Of a DNA stretch of 64,000 bases, positions 17,113 through 31,000 are shown in pieces. The translations under genes and the position numbers were made by a program. Within the stretch, counting starts at the first letter, position 1, and the number at the start of each line of letters is the position of its first letter. The notes beneath the pieces were generated by a model. It did no database searches. It had not been told where the DNA came from and saw only the letters and a program-made list of their open reading frames with translations. The stretch is from Balanoglossus misakiensis (lineage: Eukaryota; Animalia; Hemichordata): NCBI GenBank assembly GCA_040954595.2, contig CM082582.2, positions 4,882,303 to 4,946,302 of the forward strand. Reading direction: 5' to 3'.

Positions 17113-18838
17113 ATGAAGTGGAGATTTAAGGAGGAGCACAGTGAAGGTAAAGGTTATTTTGTCACAAATTATCGAATCTGTTCCTTCAGTCATCGAAAAT
17201 ACGGTATCCCGTTATGTGTTAATTCATGATCATTGTGCGAATGCGTAGACAATTAACCTGATCAACAGCAACAGGGTGCTTGGTATTAATTACGATAACC
17301 AAGCCGCGAAAAGATACTGTGCATTCACCCTATGAATTGAAAGTTAACATTGACTATCACTAAGGTGGTGTATTGTGTCTGCCTCCAGTACGATTCCTAT
17401 GACTGAGGCTGAGGCCATTTTAGGAAATCACAATCCGATTTGCTTTGTGTAAATTTTACGCATACCTACTCTCCAAGGTCTTACCTTTGTATCAGTGGTA
17501 GTGCCAATATTTTACCTTAGAAACTGTTTTGTTATGATGCATTTTGTCATTTGATTTCTGACGTGCTTATTTACAAGACGTTCCGAAAATCGCAAAAGAA
17601 ATAATTATATAATACGTTATGGATACATAACATGTATACATCATTGTAGTCAGTTGCTAGAGTAGTTAAACCAATAGAATGTGATGACTCATACTCTAGT
17701 CATATGTGCGTTTATATATACAAAATACTGTAATAAATTTGACTTTTTTCGTATATGGCTAAGTCCTGTTCACATGATCGTATCTTATTTATCATATCAG
17801 AAATTTCCATTTCAATATATCTACTGTGACCTTTCCTTCTCATAGAAAAGTTCATGGTTTAATCTTAAACCACTTTTGATCATCTCAGGTGTATCTGTTT
17901 ACATATATGCTATACCAGATCCTGTGACCTCTCATATTATTCTTCTACAGTAGAAAAATAATTATATAGTCAGGATTAAAGGGCAAGTTGCATTCTTGTA
18001 TCCTAGAAGTAGTAGAGCCATGAACGTGGAAGGTCACAATAGGACAATCCCTCTGAGGTCACTAATTCAATAAAACATTTAGTACTTATTCATCTCTTAT
18101 TTCAGAGCAAAGGCTCAAGGAAGCCACCAAAATCCGAGGAAAATATCCAGACCGCATTCCAGTGGTGGTAGAGAAGAGTACCAGGTCTCAAATTCCAGAC
18201 ATTGACAAGAGAAAATTCCTAGTACCATCAGATATATCAGTTGCCCAGTTTATGTACATCATCAGGAAAAGGATTCATCTGCAACAAGAACAGGCAATGT
18301 TTGTGTTTGCAGGAGATGGCAATGTGCTGCTGGCATCGAGGTAATATTTATCTTTTACCCGTTCACAATCATGGTTCATTCCTAATCCATTTGTTTTCTA
18401 TGGTAGGGTTGGACCTCTATAGAGGGAACTGGGGGTGAAAGCCTGCGGGCAAGTGGCAGACCTCAGATACACTCGTTTCATGAGTCTAGCGCCCTCATGC
18501 AGCCATCATGAATTTGAACTCAAAGCCAGACCAATTGGACAATCCCCTTGATGTGATTGGTCAACTTTCCCCATCGCCTTGCTTGGAGTTCAAAGCATAA
18601 TGGTGTCATTCCAACACGCGCTAAGTATCAAACAAACAGACATTATCGCATAGGCAGTTGGCGTAAATAGTTTCCGGAAGTGAAAAGTATCAAAAGGTGA
18701 AAAAAATTAGCGTATTGAAACACTTTATTGCATTGTTGTTATTTCAGTGCCACTATGGGTGCCGTATATGCCGACCACAAGGACGAAGACCAGTTCCTGT
18801 ACGTTGCCTACAGTGGAGAAAATACTTTTGGCAGATGA
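17113..18838 (+). CDS. GABARAPL2: ATG8-family GABARAPL2-like protein, copy 1. Exons 17113-17146, 18106-18340, 18748-18838
   Basis: [63 protein letters not shown]...[19 protein letters not shown]. Confidence 0.93.
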
Positions 18839-21213
18839 ATCTTGGATGGAAAAAATACAGAACACGCTCATCGGTTTGGTGATATAGAAACAACGTGCCT
18901 GGTTTCTACACTCTGCACTGTCACCATCCATTTCTTCTTCAAGCCCCCGGAAGACTAACTTCAGCATTTACAATTTTTATTTCCTTCTCTGTTACGGATG
19001 GCAAGTTCAGAATTTTCAAAAGATTTGCCAATCTTTTAAGAAAGTTTGTATTGATTGTTGCATTAGGTGATTTCATTGCATGGAAATAATATTTCGTTCT
19101 TCATTCTATGGCAGTCATGGCTAGATCAATAAGACGAAGTTCAGTTTGGTTGACGGTTAACTGCAGTTTGATATTTGCATAGGTTGGTGGTAACATTGGC
19201 AAGGACTTGATATATAAGTCTCTTCATGTGACAAACAGTAACTGTAATTGTTGTCTTGACATTTTAATCATTTTATCACTTGCCAATGTTGTACTGCCAA
19301 ATTTTAACTGTGAAGTTTAGCCTACCCTAAGACTTCTTAAAAGATTTACCTTTCTATTTGACACCGTGCAGTTTCAAAGTGCAATTCATTAAAAGGTTTC
19401 AGGTAAATTGAAGCATAATCTGAACACTCCCTCAACAATCATCGAACAACAAATGCATGTTTTTATTATATAAACATAAAGTTATATAAATGTTGCGTGT
19501 ACACTTCGTAATTACCCATGTCTGACAACCATGAACAGTTTATCAGTTATATAAAGATGTTGATGTTTTCTACACGTTTGCATGAATGTACATTTGAAAA
19601 TTAACATGAATGATTTATGTGATCCTTTTAGCATTTATTATAGAAATAATGGACCATTAACGTTTGTTTATGGGCAAGGGCAAGGGGAAAGCCAAAATTC
19701 AAGGGAAAGTAGACAGTTGCTAAAATCAGCACGAACAATTTTCACACCTAACAAGTAACATTCCTTAGATCTGTCTGAGCTTTGGTCAAAGGTGATTGAA
19801 GTTGCAATCACCTTTGACCTTTGGGAGGTCAAAGGTGATTACAATTTCAAGGTAATACATTATTTAATAAATGCCATTACGTGGGGATGTGCTATTGTCC
19901 TCCGATACCTTCCAGTTTAACGCACACTAAGTTATGTATTTTACGATGAAAAATCAGAATTGAAAACCCTTATATTTTCTTTACTTTTTGATCATTCCAG
20001 TTGTATCACAAACTTTACTTTTTTTTTGCACAAGGGGAATTATCAGGTTAATTTTTTTCCGTCATCAACTTGAAGAACAATGGAAGTCGGATTGTTTTTT
20101 GACCATGAACTTTGACCTACGGATGACAACTCAGACGATTAATGGACTCTACAGACATATGTAGAATTGTATTAAATGTTGCAATTTAAAAAATGTGGTG
20201 GTAATTTATGTCTGCATGACTTAAATAGATAATAAATACTGAAATGTGGTGTATATTTATTGGTGCAATGACATCACTGGTCATGATGTGTTTTCGAATA
20301 TGTTAATTACGATCAATAAATATATGAAAGCAGCTGCATGCAGATATCTCTCTGTGTTTAACATAGCTCACACATAGAGAGAATTTTCTCTATATGTCAG
20401 TGGGGTATAGGGGCGTTACGTATAGAACGCCCTGTGGACGCGTCGCTAATCACACATAGCGTTCTGCAACTCATATAAACGTTGTAGTATTTTGACAGAT
20501 ATAACAGAATTTTCATTGTATGTATACCCATAGTCTTGCTCCAAGACTGTGTGATACTGAAAAGCGCGTCCGCGTTATAACGTCCTGTGGACGCGACGCT
20601 AATCAACAGTTGCTCACTTTGCCTGGCGACGCGTCGTACGCAGTTTGATGAAAGTTCCATTTTTATCGACAGGCACAGTGACTGCTATAGAGTCTAGGGC
20701 GAGCATAGCACGAGCGCTCCTATGGACATGAAATCGGGAGGTCGTCTAAGCAACTGATTTATCGTTTCTAAGCTACCTTACAATCAATAAAATACTATTA
20801 ACAATTGAGCATCTTTACAAGTGCCTGTGAAATGATATACCATGAACACTATAAAAATGACATGACTCCATCGCGAACACCCCACCCCACCCAAAATGAT
20901 ATGAACCAGCCTCTTACTTATTCAACTCATGAGGCTTATCACTACTAAATTTTCCATACTCGTCCTGGTGTGGAGCGAATGGCTTTGTGTATTTCATAGT
21001 CTAAATTTAGACCCTATATATTTCATGTTTATAGTCACACTAAAGACAAAACAATTTTCAAATAAATGTAACATCTGTTGGCCACCTGATGCACACAAGT
21101 GATATAACTCACACTGGTGTGTGATTTTATTATGCACTACAGTGAGGTTACAGTGACCTGGGAACATATACACTTTGCTCGTCAAATTTCTGCAACTACA
21201 ATCTCCACTAAAA

Positions 21214-22517
21214 ATGAAGTGGAAATATAAAGAAGAGTACACCATGGGTAAGTTTTTTGTCAAAAGCTGAACAGGTGGTAGTTTTCAGGGCATGAATGAT
21301 TCAATATTTTGTCCAGAAGCTATCGGAATATTCCAGTCGGACCACTCCCTTGTGTTGTTGTAGATAAGTTAATATGTATTTCAAAACGAAAAATCTTAGT
21401 TGGAAACCCTTATATTTATTTGTTTACTTATTGATCATTCCAGTTTTATCAGAAACTTCGCTAGGTTCCATCATGTCTCAGAAAGTTGGCTAGTGTTTTC
21501 ATCATCTGAATATCGTATTGTGATACTTTGGACTGGCAATCGAAAAAAAAATTGCTGTCAAAGTGGCTGAAGAAAAATTTGCAGACATACCAAACCCCCT
21601 CCCCCCTGCTAAACAAATGGTTCTCCCCTTGCAATAAGGATTACTTCAAAACTGCATTCCATTGCCCTGGAGACTATGCAGTGAAGTAAAAGGTCTTGTC
21701 AGTATACTGTAACTTCATGAAACTTTTTGCTACTGACTAATCTCTTCCCAGAGGAAAGACTCAAGCAGGCCTCCGAAATCCGAGCTAAATACCCGGATCG
21801 TGTTCCAGTGGTTGTGGAAAAAGCCCCTCGATCTTCCATCCCAGACATTGACAAGACACAGTTCATGGTACCTGCAGATTTGACGGTCGCTCAACTAATG
21901 TACATCATCAGGAAAAGGATTGATCTGCCACCAGAAAAGCCATTGTTCGTCTTTGTAAATAAAGTGCTGCCTGCAACAAGGTATTTTCATGCTATTTTAC
22001 ACATTCACCACCATGGTTCAGTCCAACCCATTGTTTTCTATGGTATGGTTGGACCTCTACAGAGGGAATTGGGGGTGAAAGGGTTAAAGTAATAACTATG
22101 TCTGCAGATCAGAACAGTCATTTTCATACCGGGTATACATAGTGATTATACTCAACAAATTTGATCATTTTTATTTACTGTTTGTATTTTAAAAATCATG
22201 TCCCTTTTTAAACAATATACCTACTTTTGTCTTTGCATGGAACTATTTGTTGAAAAAGGAAAGGGAAAAAAAAAGAGTCCCGTTAACTTAAGTATTTAGG
22301 AATCCTGGTGAATACTTTAGGTGGGTAAAGACTGAAGAACCAGAAAGCATAGGGACAACCTTGTCATAGTGATGAATATCAATAATGCAAAAAAGGGGGT
22401 ATTTGACAATTGCATTGTTGTTCTTTCAGTGGCACTGTGGGTGCCATTTATGAAGAACACAAGGATGAGGACCAGTTCATGTACATTGCCTACAGTGGAG
22501 AAAATACTTTTGGATGA
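21214..22517 (+). CDS. ATG8-family GABARAPL2-like protein, tandem copy 2. Exons 21214-21247, 21752-21980, 22430-22517
   Basis: [68 protein letters not shown]...[18 protein letters not shown]. Intron positions and phases are the same as copy 1. Confidence 0.92.
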
Positions 22518-22625
22518 TATATGTTCGATGGAAAAGTACAGTTGTTCCATGGATAACGAAGATACTGGCTGATACATTTGCCGTTTAATGGGGATTTCCT
22601 CACACAAAACCAGAATGTCAAATCT

Positions 22626-23869
22626 CTAGGTGAATTCTCCATAACATTTTGGTTTGTGACTCCATGTATTGAATACTTTTTGTAGACTTCTCCACGCTTG
22701 TTGGTATTCTCCTGCACCGTCTTTGTATTCTATGTACGTCTCCATTGAAGAGTTCCTGAGAAAGTATAAAAGAGAAAACATTTGTAGCATTTTGTGAATT
22801 TTTATGCCAATGCAGTGATGCAGTCTCCCCAGAAATAAAATGGTTGAAAATTAACATAACACTAGTTACAATTGATATGCTAATGAATGACTATTGTTAA
22901 AGAACAATGACCACTGTGCTTTTTGCTTTAGTGAGAACTCTGCAATGTAACTATTTGAACAAGAAACTACTGAAGATACACAAAACAAAAATACTGAAAA
23001 CATAGCAGAAAGTTACAGCTAATGGAATTTTCAAAACACAATAAACCAACTGTACCTTAGAGAATATGGTTTCTTGTCTTCAGGAATAATCTTCAACAAA
23101 GTTTTAAAAGTTGAAAATAACTCTGCTCTACAAATTTTACATCTGTTGGTGAGGGGGACAGTGTCTGTGAGTAATGGTTAGTTTTATTGTGTAATATAAA
23201 ATGCACTACTTTACATTTCATTCTTCTTGCTTTGAAATATTGCACAAGCTCTGCTGCAGGACAGTTAAAATTCCAGCAAAAATCACCCCTTGATACTAGT
23301 ATGGGATATTTTTAGATCTAGGGTGATAAATGTAACAGATGGTGGCAATGATCACAGGCCTCGTCATGTGATGAGTACTACCTCTGTGATATGATACTAG
23401 AAGCAAAATTAACCAGCTGTCTCAGCACACTCACAAACAAGAACGATACATGTAGCAAAGCAGTGAGATCTCAAATTGCCATGGTAACTGTAGATAAATT
23501 TCCATAGTTAAGAACAGAAGCATCTAACCTGGCATTTAATGTATTGAGTTTCTTTGATGTAACGCCTTGCTTATAACCATTCACAGAAACCTCCAGAGTG
23601 TTGTCAGGGACATCACACCAAATCATTGCTGGAAATAGAATATATAACATGTAACATTTGTCCACTAGGTTGCTAAGGTCACAGCTGTTTAAGAATCACA
23701 TCTGCATTAATGTTTTTAATTATTTACCACATAGTCATATGGCAATTTGAAATGCTTTGAGCCCTCTACAGGTACCATGATTTGGTTCTACCCCATTGCT
23801 TTTAATAGTCTGGAAGGTGGCCCCATTTACAGGGAAATGTGTGTATGTGTGTGTGCGTTTGACTGTATA

Positions 23870-23903
<34 letters not shown>

Positions 23904-26817
23904 CACGAATGCAGTATTACTGAAAGTGAATGTTCATTAATCTCTTCGATTGTTCATTATTAATATTAAATCTCTCTCTTTCTCTCTGATATCAACAAAA
24001 GAGAGGGTTTTTGATTTCCACTTTCATTTTTTTTTCTGAAAAGAATCTGAATCACAACAAATTGCATGGAAAAAAAATTATGAACAGAAAATCTTGCCGA
24101 CAATCTCACCCGCTCCCGATGGTGTTAGTTTCCCCAAAGTGGCATCGTGATGGTTTTCCATGTGACTCTTGCTGTATGGAAAAACAACTGAAGACTGTAA
24201 CAAGCACGGCTGATGTATCCTGTAACGTGTTGGCAGATTTTCTACACCCACGGCGCGAGATACTAATGCACGCTGCATGGCACTGTGGCTGTAAGGACAC
24301 CTGTACAAAGTATAAGGATATCAATGTTGATTTGCTTTAATACGTTTTACTGAAGATAGCTATGATGTATGCAGAATAGCTAGGTGCTCTATTTGAAGAT
24401 GGAGATTAACATTTCTGCACTGTAAGAACATTCACAAAGGAACTCTTTATCTACTATAGCAAACGTATAGGGACATTTGATTTTTTCGGTAGCTAAACAT
24501 CTTCTTGGTCTTTCAGGAAGAAAACACTAAACTGATTCCGAGATGCATACATACAAACATGTTAGTCCTACCTGCCGACTATGATGCACTGGAAGTAGAT
24601 TGGTTCTGATAAGAAATACGACAGCAGAGCTCCTTGGCAACCCAAAACATTCCATTTCGCAATCTTGTCACTGCAGGACATCGATAATGTTCTTTCACCT
24701 CTGCCGGGTTTGGTACGAAAGGCTCTGACGGCGTGATACGCTACACCGCCTTCACGAGGGTCCTGACATCCTCCGGCCACGCACTTGGCTCCAGTTCTGT
24801 GAATGTCTTTCTCAGTGACGCTTACTTTTTTCTCACTATCACTTTCCAGGGCATGATTTTCCTCCCTTCCTTGCGACATTCTGCCCGACAACATCCCTGT
24901 TTGTGCCGTCTCCCTGGTGACATCTTCTCTCGCTTCTGAACGTCCACAGGTTGCTCCCTGTCTGCTGCCCTCAACCGCATCGGTCAAACGTCCTACCTCT
25001 TCGTCCTCGAAACTTCCCGATGCAGTGCTTTCATTTCGACTTCTCTCCCCAGACGCTTCATTCACAGTACTCAAAGTCTCCCCGCGTTTCGATTTCCGAC
25101 GCAAAGATGACTCCCCATCACCGTGAAAACTCAGAGATGACTCCCCAGCGCGCTGGAACTTTGGAGATACCTCCCTGTCCTGCTTAGAAACCTTTCTTAC
25201 AGGTTGACTAACATCCTCATCCAATGCATCACTTTGATCACATGATCTCTTCAAAGTTCTTGGTGTTTTATCAGTGGTCTTTATGTCATCATTTCCATGG
25301 AAACAGTTGTCATCCTTGTAAAAAATTGATGCATCACCACCTAGCATAGGATATGAAAAAATTTGAGAGTTTACATATTGCTCCAAAACATCAATCAGAG
25401 CTGTTTGAAGTTCCTGGAGAAGTCAAAGGCATTTGTCCATAAACAATCTCTGTGCAACCCCTATAGTTTACATGTACATCTTTTTGGACAGCTGAGGTTT
25501 TTGGAGAATCAGTGTGTGTTGAAAATAATGAACATGTATCTCAATTGCCACTACAGAGAGTACATCTTCTGAAAGCTGCCTTGGTCTGTGCATACGGTGC
25601 TCCTAGAAAGTTCACAGTCATGGGTTTGGTTTGAGAGGTTATAACTATGTTTGTGGGTTCAGCGACTTCACTCAGTGTGAAGTACATGTGTACTACGATG
25701 TACATCTTTGGACACACAGAGAGTGTCTTATGGTAAATTTTATCCAAATCTCTAAATGAATGAGTTGAGTGGAAAATTTAATATTTTCAAAACAATTCTT
25801 AAGATACTCACTACATACTTGAAATAAACTGAATCCATGAAGAGACACTTACATGGTGTATGGCTCGTATAGAGATGAAATGCCACACCGCTCTGAAGTG
25901 GACATTTTTGGTTTTTGTCTGGTGCAAACACATCACTTCCCTCACCACTGTATGCTTTGCTAAGTTCGCTGTAGAGATATCTGCAAAGTGGCAAATGATG
26001 TTAGTGTCAGGAGTTCACACAAAACCAATATGAAATAAGTTAGTTCCCATGATCTTTCATTGGATGTCAACCCCCTTGTGTACAGCCAAAGTGTAAACAT
26101 ACTTTATGTTTCTATTGACAATTAAGTTGTCAATAGAAAACAACTTGTAGATAATTACCTTAGAAATGCTCTTCGGGCAATGACCTCTGCATGACTATCG
26201 TTTAAAACAGCACCTTCGGTAAGAAATCACACAAATTACCACAAATCAACCAACGTATAACTACATGACATTTTCAAGATGAAACAGAATGAAAAGTACA
26301 GTACATCAGTATATCAATTTTAGACTTACCTGTTTTACTCATTTTGCTTTGGCCAAGGCATTTGGATCCAGTTCCCATGGCAACGATTTTCAAATCGTCT
26401 AAATTAAAATTGAATAAGGAAAAGATGAATTGATGAGCTATAAGTCAGAAGCAAACACAATTGCATTTATGTTTTAAGGAAATTTTAATCTGGTTTAACT
26501 TTGAAAAAAAAGTTTTGTTTTCTTCCTTATTGTAAAAAAAAAACTTTCCCTTGTCTGGGTGTACTGGAAACGAACGATGCAGAATTTCACAAACTGCGTA
26601 AGCTATTTGCTTTGTACATGAACAGTATTTCAGTGAAATTTGTGTGCGTTCTTTTTCTACCTTCGGGTTTGCCTTTGGTCATACACACTGCTGCCACCAA
26701 CGTCCACTCTCTTCCTACTTGTGGCTTGCCCTTCTTCGGCAATCGTTCAAAATGATCCAAGCAAAGATTCGCCACTTTGTCGGCGAAACAACTCTCTCTA
26801 CTCACTGCCGCCATCAT
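22626..26817 (-). CDS. ADAT1: tRNA-specific adenosine deaminase 1. Exons 26817-26661, 26398-26330, 26213-26159, 25980-25853, 25340-24572, 24300-24110, 23628-23529, 23142-23056, 22755-22626
   Basis: [38 protein letters not shown] (Zn-binding H and catalytic E), [42 protein letters not shown]. No dsRNA-binding domain. Long low-complexity insert in exon 5. Confidence 0.95.
23838..23903. repeat. (GT)n microsatellite in an ADAT1 intron
   Basis: Direct reading. Confidence 0.9.
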
Positions 26818-27302
26818 TCATGCCATGTGATATGCGAAAATTAATCACAAATTAGACCACAAGGTCTTAGATGCTGAGATACCTGTCCTGTCCAGCTGCA
26901 GGCTTGCTGACCCTGTGTGACCCAGGTCATAAGGTCACGAACAGCGCCATCGCATGTTGACATTTTAACAACTTCGTTTTAAAAAGTTTCCTACCTATAC
27001 CCCAGGTACCCCCACTACCCTGCCCCCCCCCCCCCCCCATTTTTTTTCTCACGTTGCTGGTGCTGCACTCACAGCCAGCGGCGGGGATGGGGCAGGGGGT
27101 GGGCAGCCTATTAATATCAGATCAGATAAAATTGCAATATTGTTACAGAAAGTCAATCAAAAACGGGGCCAATCACGGAACATACTATACTTATATTGGC
27201 AAGGGAAATTTATTGGGGTTTATCAACTGGCTTTATCCAAATTATCGTTACCGTTAATATCATTGTTGAAATGATATGATGCATGATGTGTATAGGTACT
27301 TA

Positions 27303-28094
27303 GGCTGCATTCACAAACACCTCTGGAGGGGGGGGGGCGGGAGAATTCAATTTTTTTTACCGCTAATTTTCACATGCCCCCTATACAACCCGAAATATTT
27401 TGAAATACCCCCTTCCGAACTGCCAAAATTTTGAACCCCTCCCCATTTTCTTTCACAGAGCAAAACACATCACCTATCTATCTTGTAAAAAAGAAAAACA
27501 GCGCTCCCATGAAAAGAATTTGAAACTGATGTTTCCCCTCATCAGTGGGTATTAAAACTAAACATTGTTTTTATTTTTTAAGTATTTGCATTCTGTGTTG
27601 GGAGACATTGTAAACCGAGAATTGAAGGGGGTGGGTTTGGGAGGCGGTGTCCCCCTGCCACGTAAGAAAATTTTATAAAATACAGAGCTTAAAGCTGCAT
27701 TTTAATGAACCCGGCAAAAGCAAATTAACTCAACTACCGGTATGTTGGGGAGGACAAATTTAACCGTCGCCGCTCAAAGTTATCATGGGGTGGGGGCAAG
27801 TCCCCTGACCTGGGTCACTAGATAAACCAGTCAATGATTGAAAAGTGTTGATGAATTGAGGGGGTGGGTGTGGGAGGGGGTGTCCCCCTCCCACATTAGA
27901 AAATTTCGTAAAATAAAGGGCGCGAAACTGCATTTTTGTGGACTCAAAATAAATATTTAGTCGTCAAAGTTTTCAAGTCGCCCCCTTTCAGTCCCTAAAT
28001 TATTTCAAATCCCCCCTTACATACCCTCAATTTTTTCAAATACCCCCCCTCAATTCTCCTGCCCCCCCCTCCAGAGGTGTTTGTGAATGCAGCC
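27303..28094. mobile_element. Non-autonomous DNA transposon with ~45-bp TIRs and a TTAA-like target (Kolobok-like)
   Basis: GGCTGCATTCACAAACACCTCTGGAGGGGG... and ...CCCCCTCCAGAGGTGTTTGTGAATGCAGCC-TTAA. Two internal copies of a GGGTGTGGGAGGGGGTGTCCCCTCCCAC module. Confidence 0.85.
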
Positions 28095-31000
28095 TTAACG
28101 ATGCGTGGAAGCCCGTCCTGTTTGGCAAATAACTCGTGAGCGACTTTATCTCTCATGCAGGCGGGGGAAAACCTGCAAAACATATTCGTCGAACTGTTTT
28201 ACGGAGAATGCGTTCCGGACCTTCGTCTCCTGCTAATAGATCCTGTTTTGATGTCAGGAGTTCACGGAGCTGCACGTGATAACGTTATGCATCTTTATAC
28301 GTAGCACGCAGACACAGTGTCCTACTTTCATGGGTGAGTGTGGGAAGGGTCGTCGATTTTGTGAAAGACTTGGCTCTCGTCATGTTTTATTGCAGTCTTT
28401 GAAATGTCATACGTTTTGTACCAACAAACGCGGAGCTATACACACAGAACCCACCCATCATTTGTGGCCCGTCTCACCCACATTTTCACACTCTGTATTT
28501 TTTTCTTTTACAGGTTTTAACACTGTATTAAAGACCACCAGACCTGAACTTAGAACTTCGTGGTTGCGTGTCTTTCTCGCTTTTCACCCACAATACTGTT
28601 CTCTCCCGCCTTCTTTAACATATTGTCCCATACTGACACTAAAAACTTTGAATGATCACTGCTAGTTTGTTTCGTTAATACATGTATAACATCATAGATT
28701 GGGACAATATTATTATATATTTTAAAGAACACTGCATGGTTTTCCAGGCAGAGCGATGCCTATATTGAACGGGAAATTGTTCAAATTCTTCGGATTTTCG
28801 TTCAAGTTTCAGAAATGCCGTTGGGTTACTTCGAAAAGAAATAAAAGAAACAATATAACGCGATGTTTTGTTCTTACTTTCTTTGGTATTCACCCACACA
28901 GTTTCTTCATAGAAGAAGCCAAGCCTTGCTCTTTATATTGGTTAGAGTTCAAATTAAATCAGCCATAATATAATTACGGACGGATTAAGCTCAAGTATAG
29001 CGTTACCGTGTCCCAAAGTGGCGTGACCGTGTCTCAAATAACAACCCAGTGCAAAAGCGGTTGGACACCTGCTTTGGCATGCACCCAGATTCATAAATGA
29101 TCATTCTAAGTAAACGCTGTATTCTGTACATGTAAGGTTGTCATTAGAAAACCATTAGGGCGTGCGGTTGTTTTATGATCAATGACGGTCTATTCTGGGA
29201 AAGGGGTAATGTTTTAAATCGGTTAAATTACAAAGACAAAATCTATACTGTACTAGGAAATAAGGAGTTACGGCCAATTAGATGCGTTACATGCATATAC
29301 CCATATCAATAATGACCGGCCAAAAAGTCATGTGACATGTACCAGGAATAACGGACGTCGATTGCATCATCATCATCATTACCACCACCATGCACCACAA
29401 CCGACGAAGTCGACGGTCGTCACCATGGTTTCTGTCGAGGATACTGGTATAATTAAAACAGATATGTGGAATGTGGAAGGCAGTTCCTTTGAGAATATTC
29501 TCAACACTGACGAAGTTTAGTGCTTGCTTGTTTCTGTCCAATGTTAATACTCAACAGAAGATGTACTCGGGTACATTTAAATGGTTACAAAGTGAAATTG
29601 GTAAAGAAAATATTCCCCCAAGTAACTCGATGCCACCGTAACCGTTCCGATGTATTGCAACTTAGTAAACCATTAAAGGCTGGAGTCACTGTCCATTGAA
29701 TTGCAGCAACTGGCGTGACTCTACTGCTTTGCAATCTGCCAGCAGAGACTCTGGTTCTATGGTGACAGCCTGAGATATTCTACAACGCCCACGGTTCTAA
29801 CTTAAACGCCAACGCACACACCCTTGAGTTTAACTACCTGATCACATTATAGTACAACGCGGATCCACTGATAAGAACAACAGTTATACAAATAAGGTAT
29901 TAATAGGGGGGGGGGGAGTATGAATAAGAATTCACTTAGTGGCTTAAAACAATGAGCTTGTAATCAGCACTTGCGTGTGATGTGAAAACAACCAATACAC
30001 ATGCAAATACGGTTTGCATGAGGTTTTCAACCACGAAGGGTTTTTTACAACCTTTACAGTTAGTGTGTAGTGTGGCCATACATAAATTCATGCCCTGTAC
30101 GAACGACTGACAGAATTTAATCTATGAAACGTTCTTACACTTCCATTTATATCTTGTTATGTGATTTGTCCCTTTTGCATGGTAATGGCCGCCACCCACT
30201 GGGGTATATACGAGGACAGGCGAAGTCGTGACACATTCATAATATTTCTAGGGTCCTCATTTGATTTGTCTTGATTTGATTTCGATATCTACATATCTGC
30301 TTAATCATCTTTTCATGGAAGCAATATTAAAAAAATCTTGACAAGAACTTCACAAATCTAGTTTTTTCCGTTGAGAAAAACATTCCCATCTCTCTGTTGC
30401 ACTTTCCTTTGGAGAGATTACTGCTTCCAACGTGATATTAAATAACTGCCTGATACTAATTTCCATTGATTTATTCTTGTTGCAATAAGTACCTTATAAT
30501 ATCGAAGTACCGTTTATCGAATTTTAAGATTTATACCCTCTTGCGATTATTGTCGGTTAAGTTTCCTGTGGAGTCTGAGTTGACGAGTAATACCAATTGT
30601 CAAAATCGGACGTCCTGTCTGTAATGATATAAGGCCGACATCTGTCTAACTAGATGTTCTATCCAAAACGCTACCTTATAAGGAAAGTCGTTTTTCGAAG
30701 TTGGTAGCCCTGCATCAATCGACATTCAGCCGAGTCACTGTGATTTTCTTAAGGTGGCATCTAAAATTTCTGTTTCAAACAAACAAGTGCGTTGTAATGT
30801 CATGTCCATGGTTGTATCAACATCCATGCGTCAGCTGTTGCTTGGTGACGATGTTTCGGAAAGTTCCACGTCATCAGTGAAGTACAATAAAACAAACTTG
30901 ACACACGAACCGTGACGTCACACCTGGCGACTTGGTTTCAAAGCGCGAGCCGCCGGATGTCTACAGTTAAGTTTTCAATGAGATTCATTTACCAACAAAG

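Noticed and set aside
24733-25187. + strand ORFs overlapping ADAT1 exon 5 (and similar antisense ORFs over SLCO and precursor A)
   Set aside because: Antisense or alternative-frame shadows of real exons.
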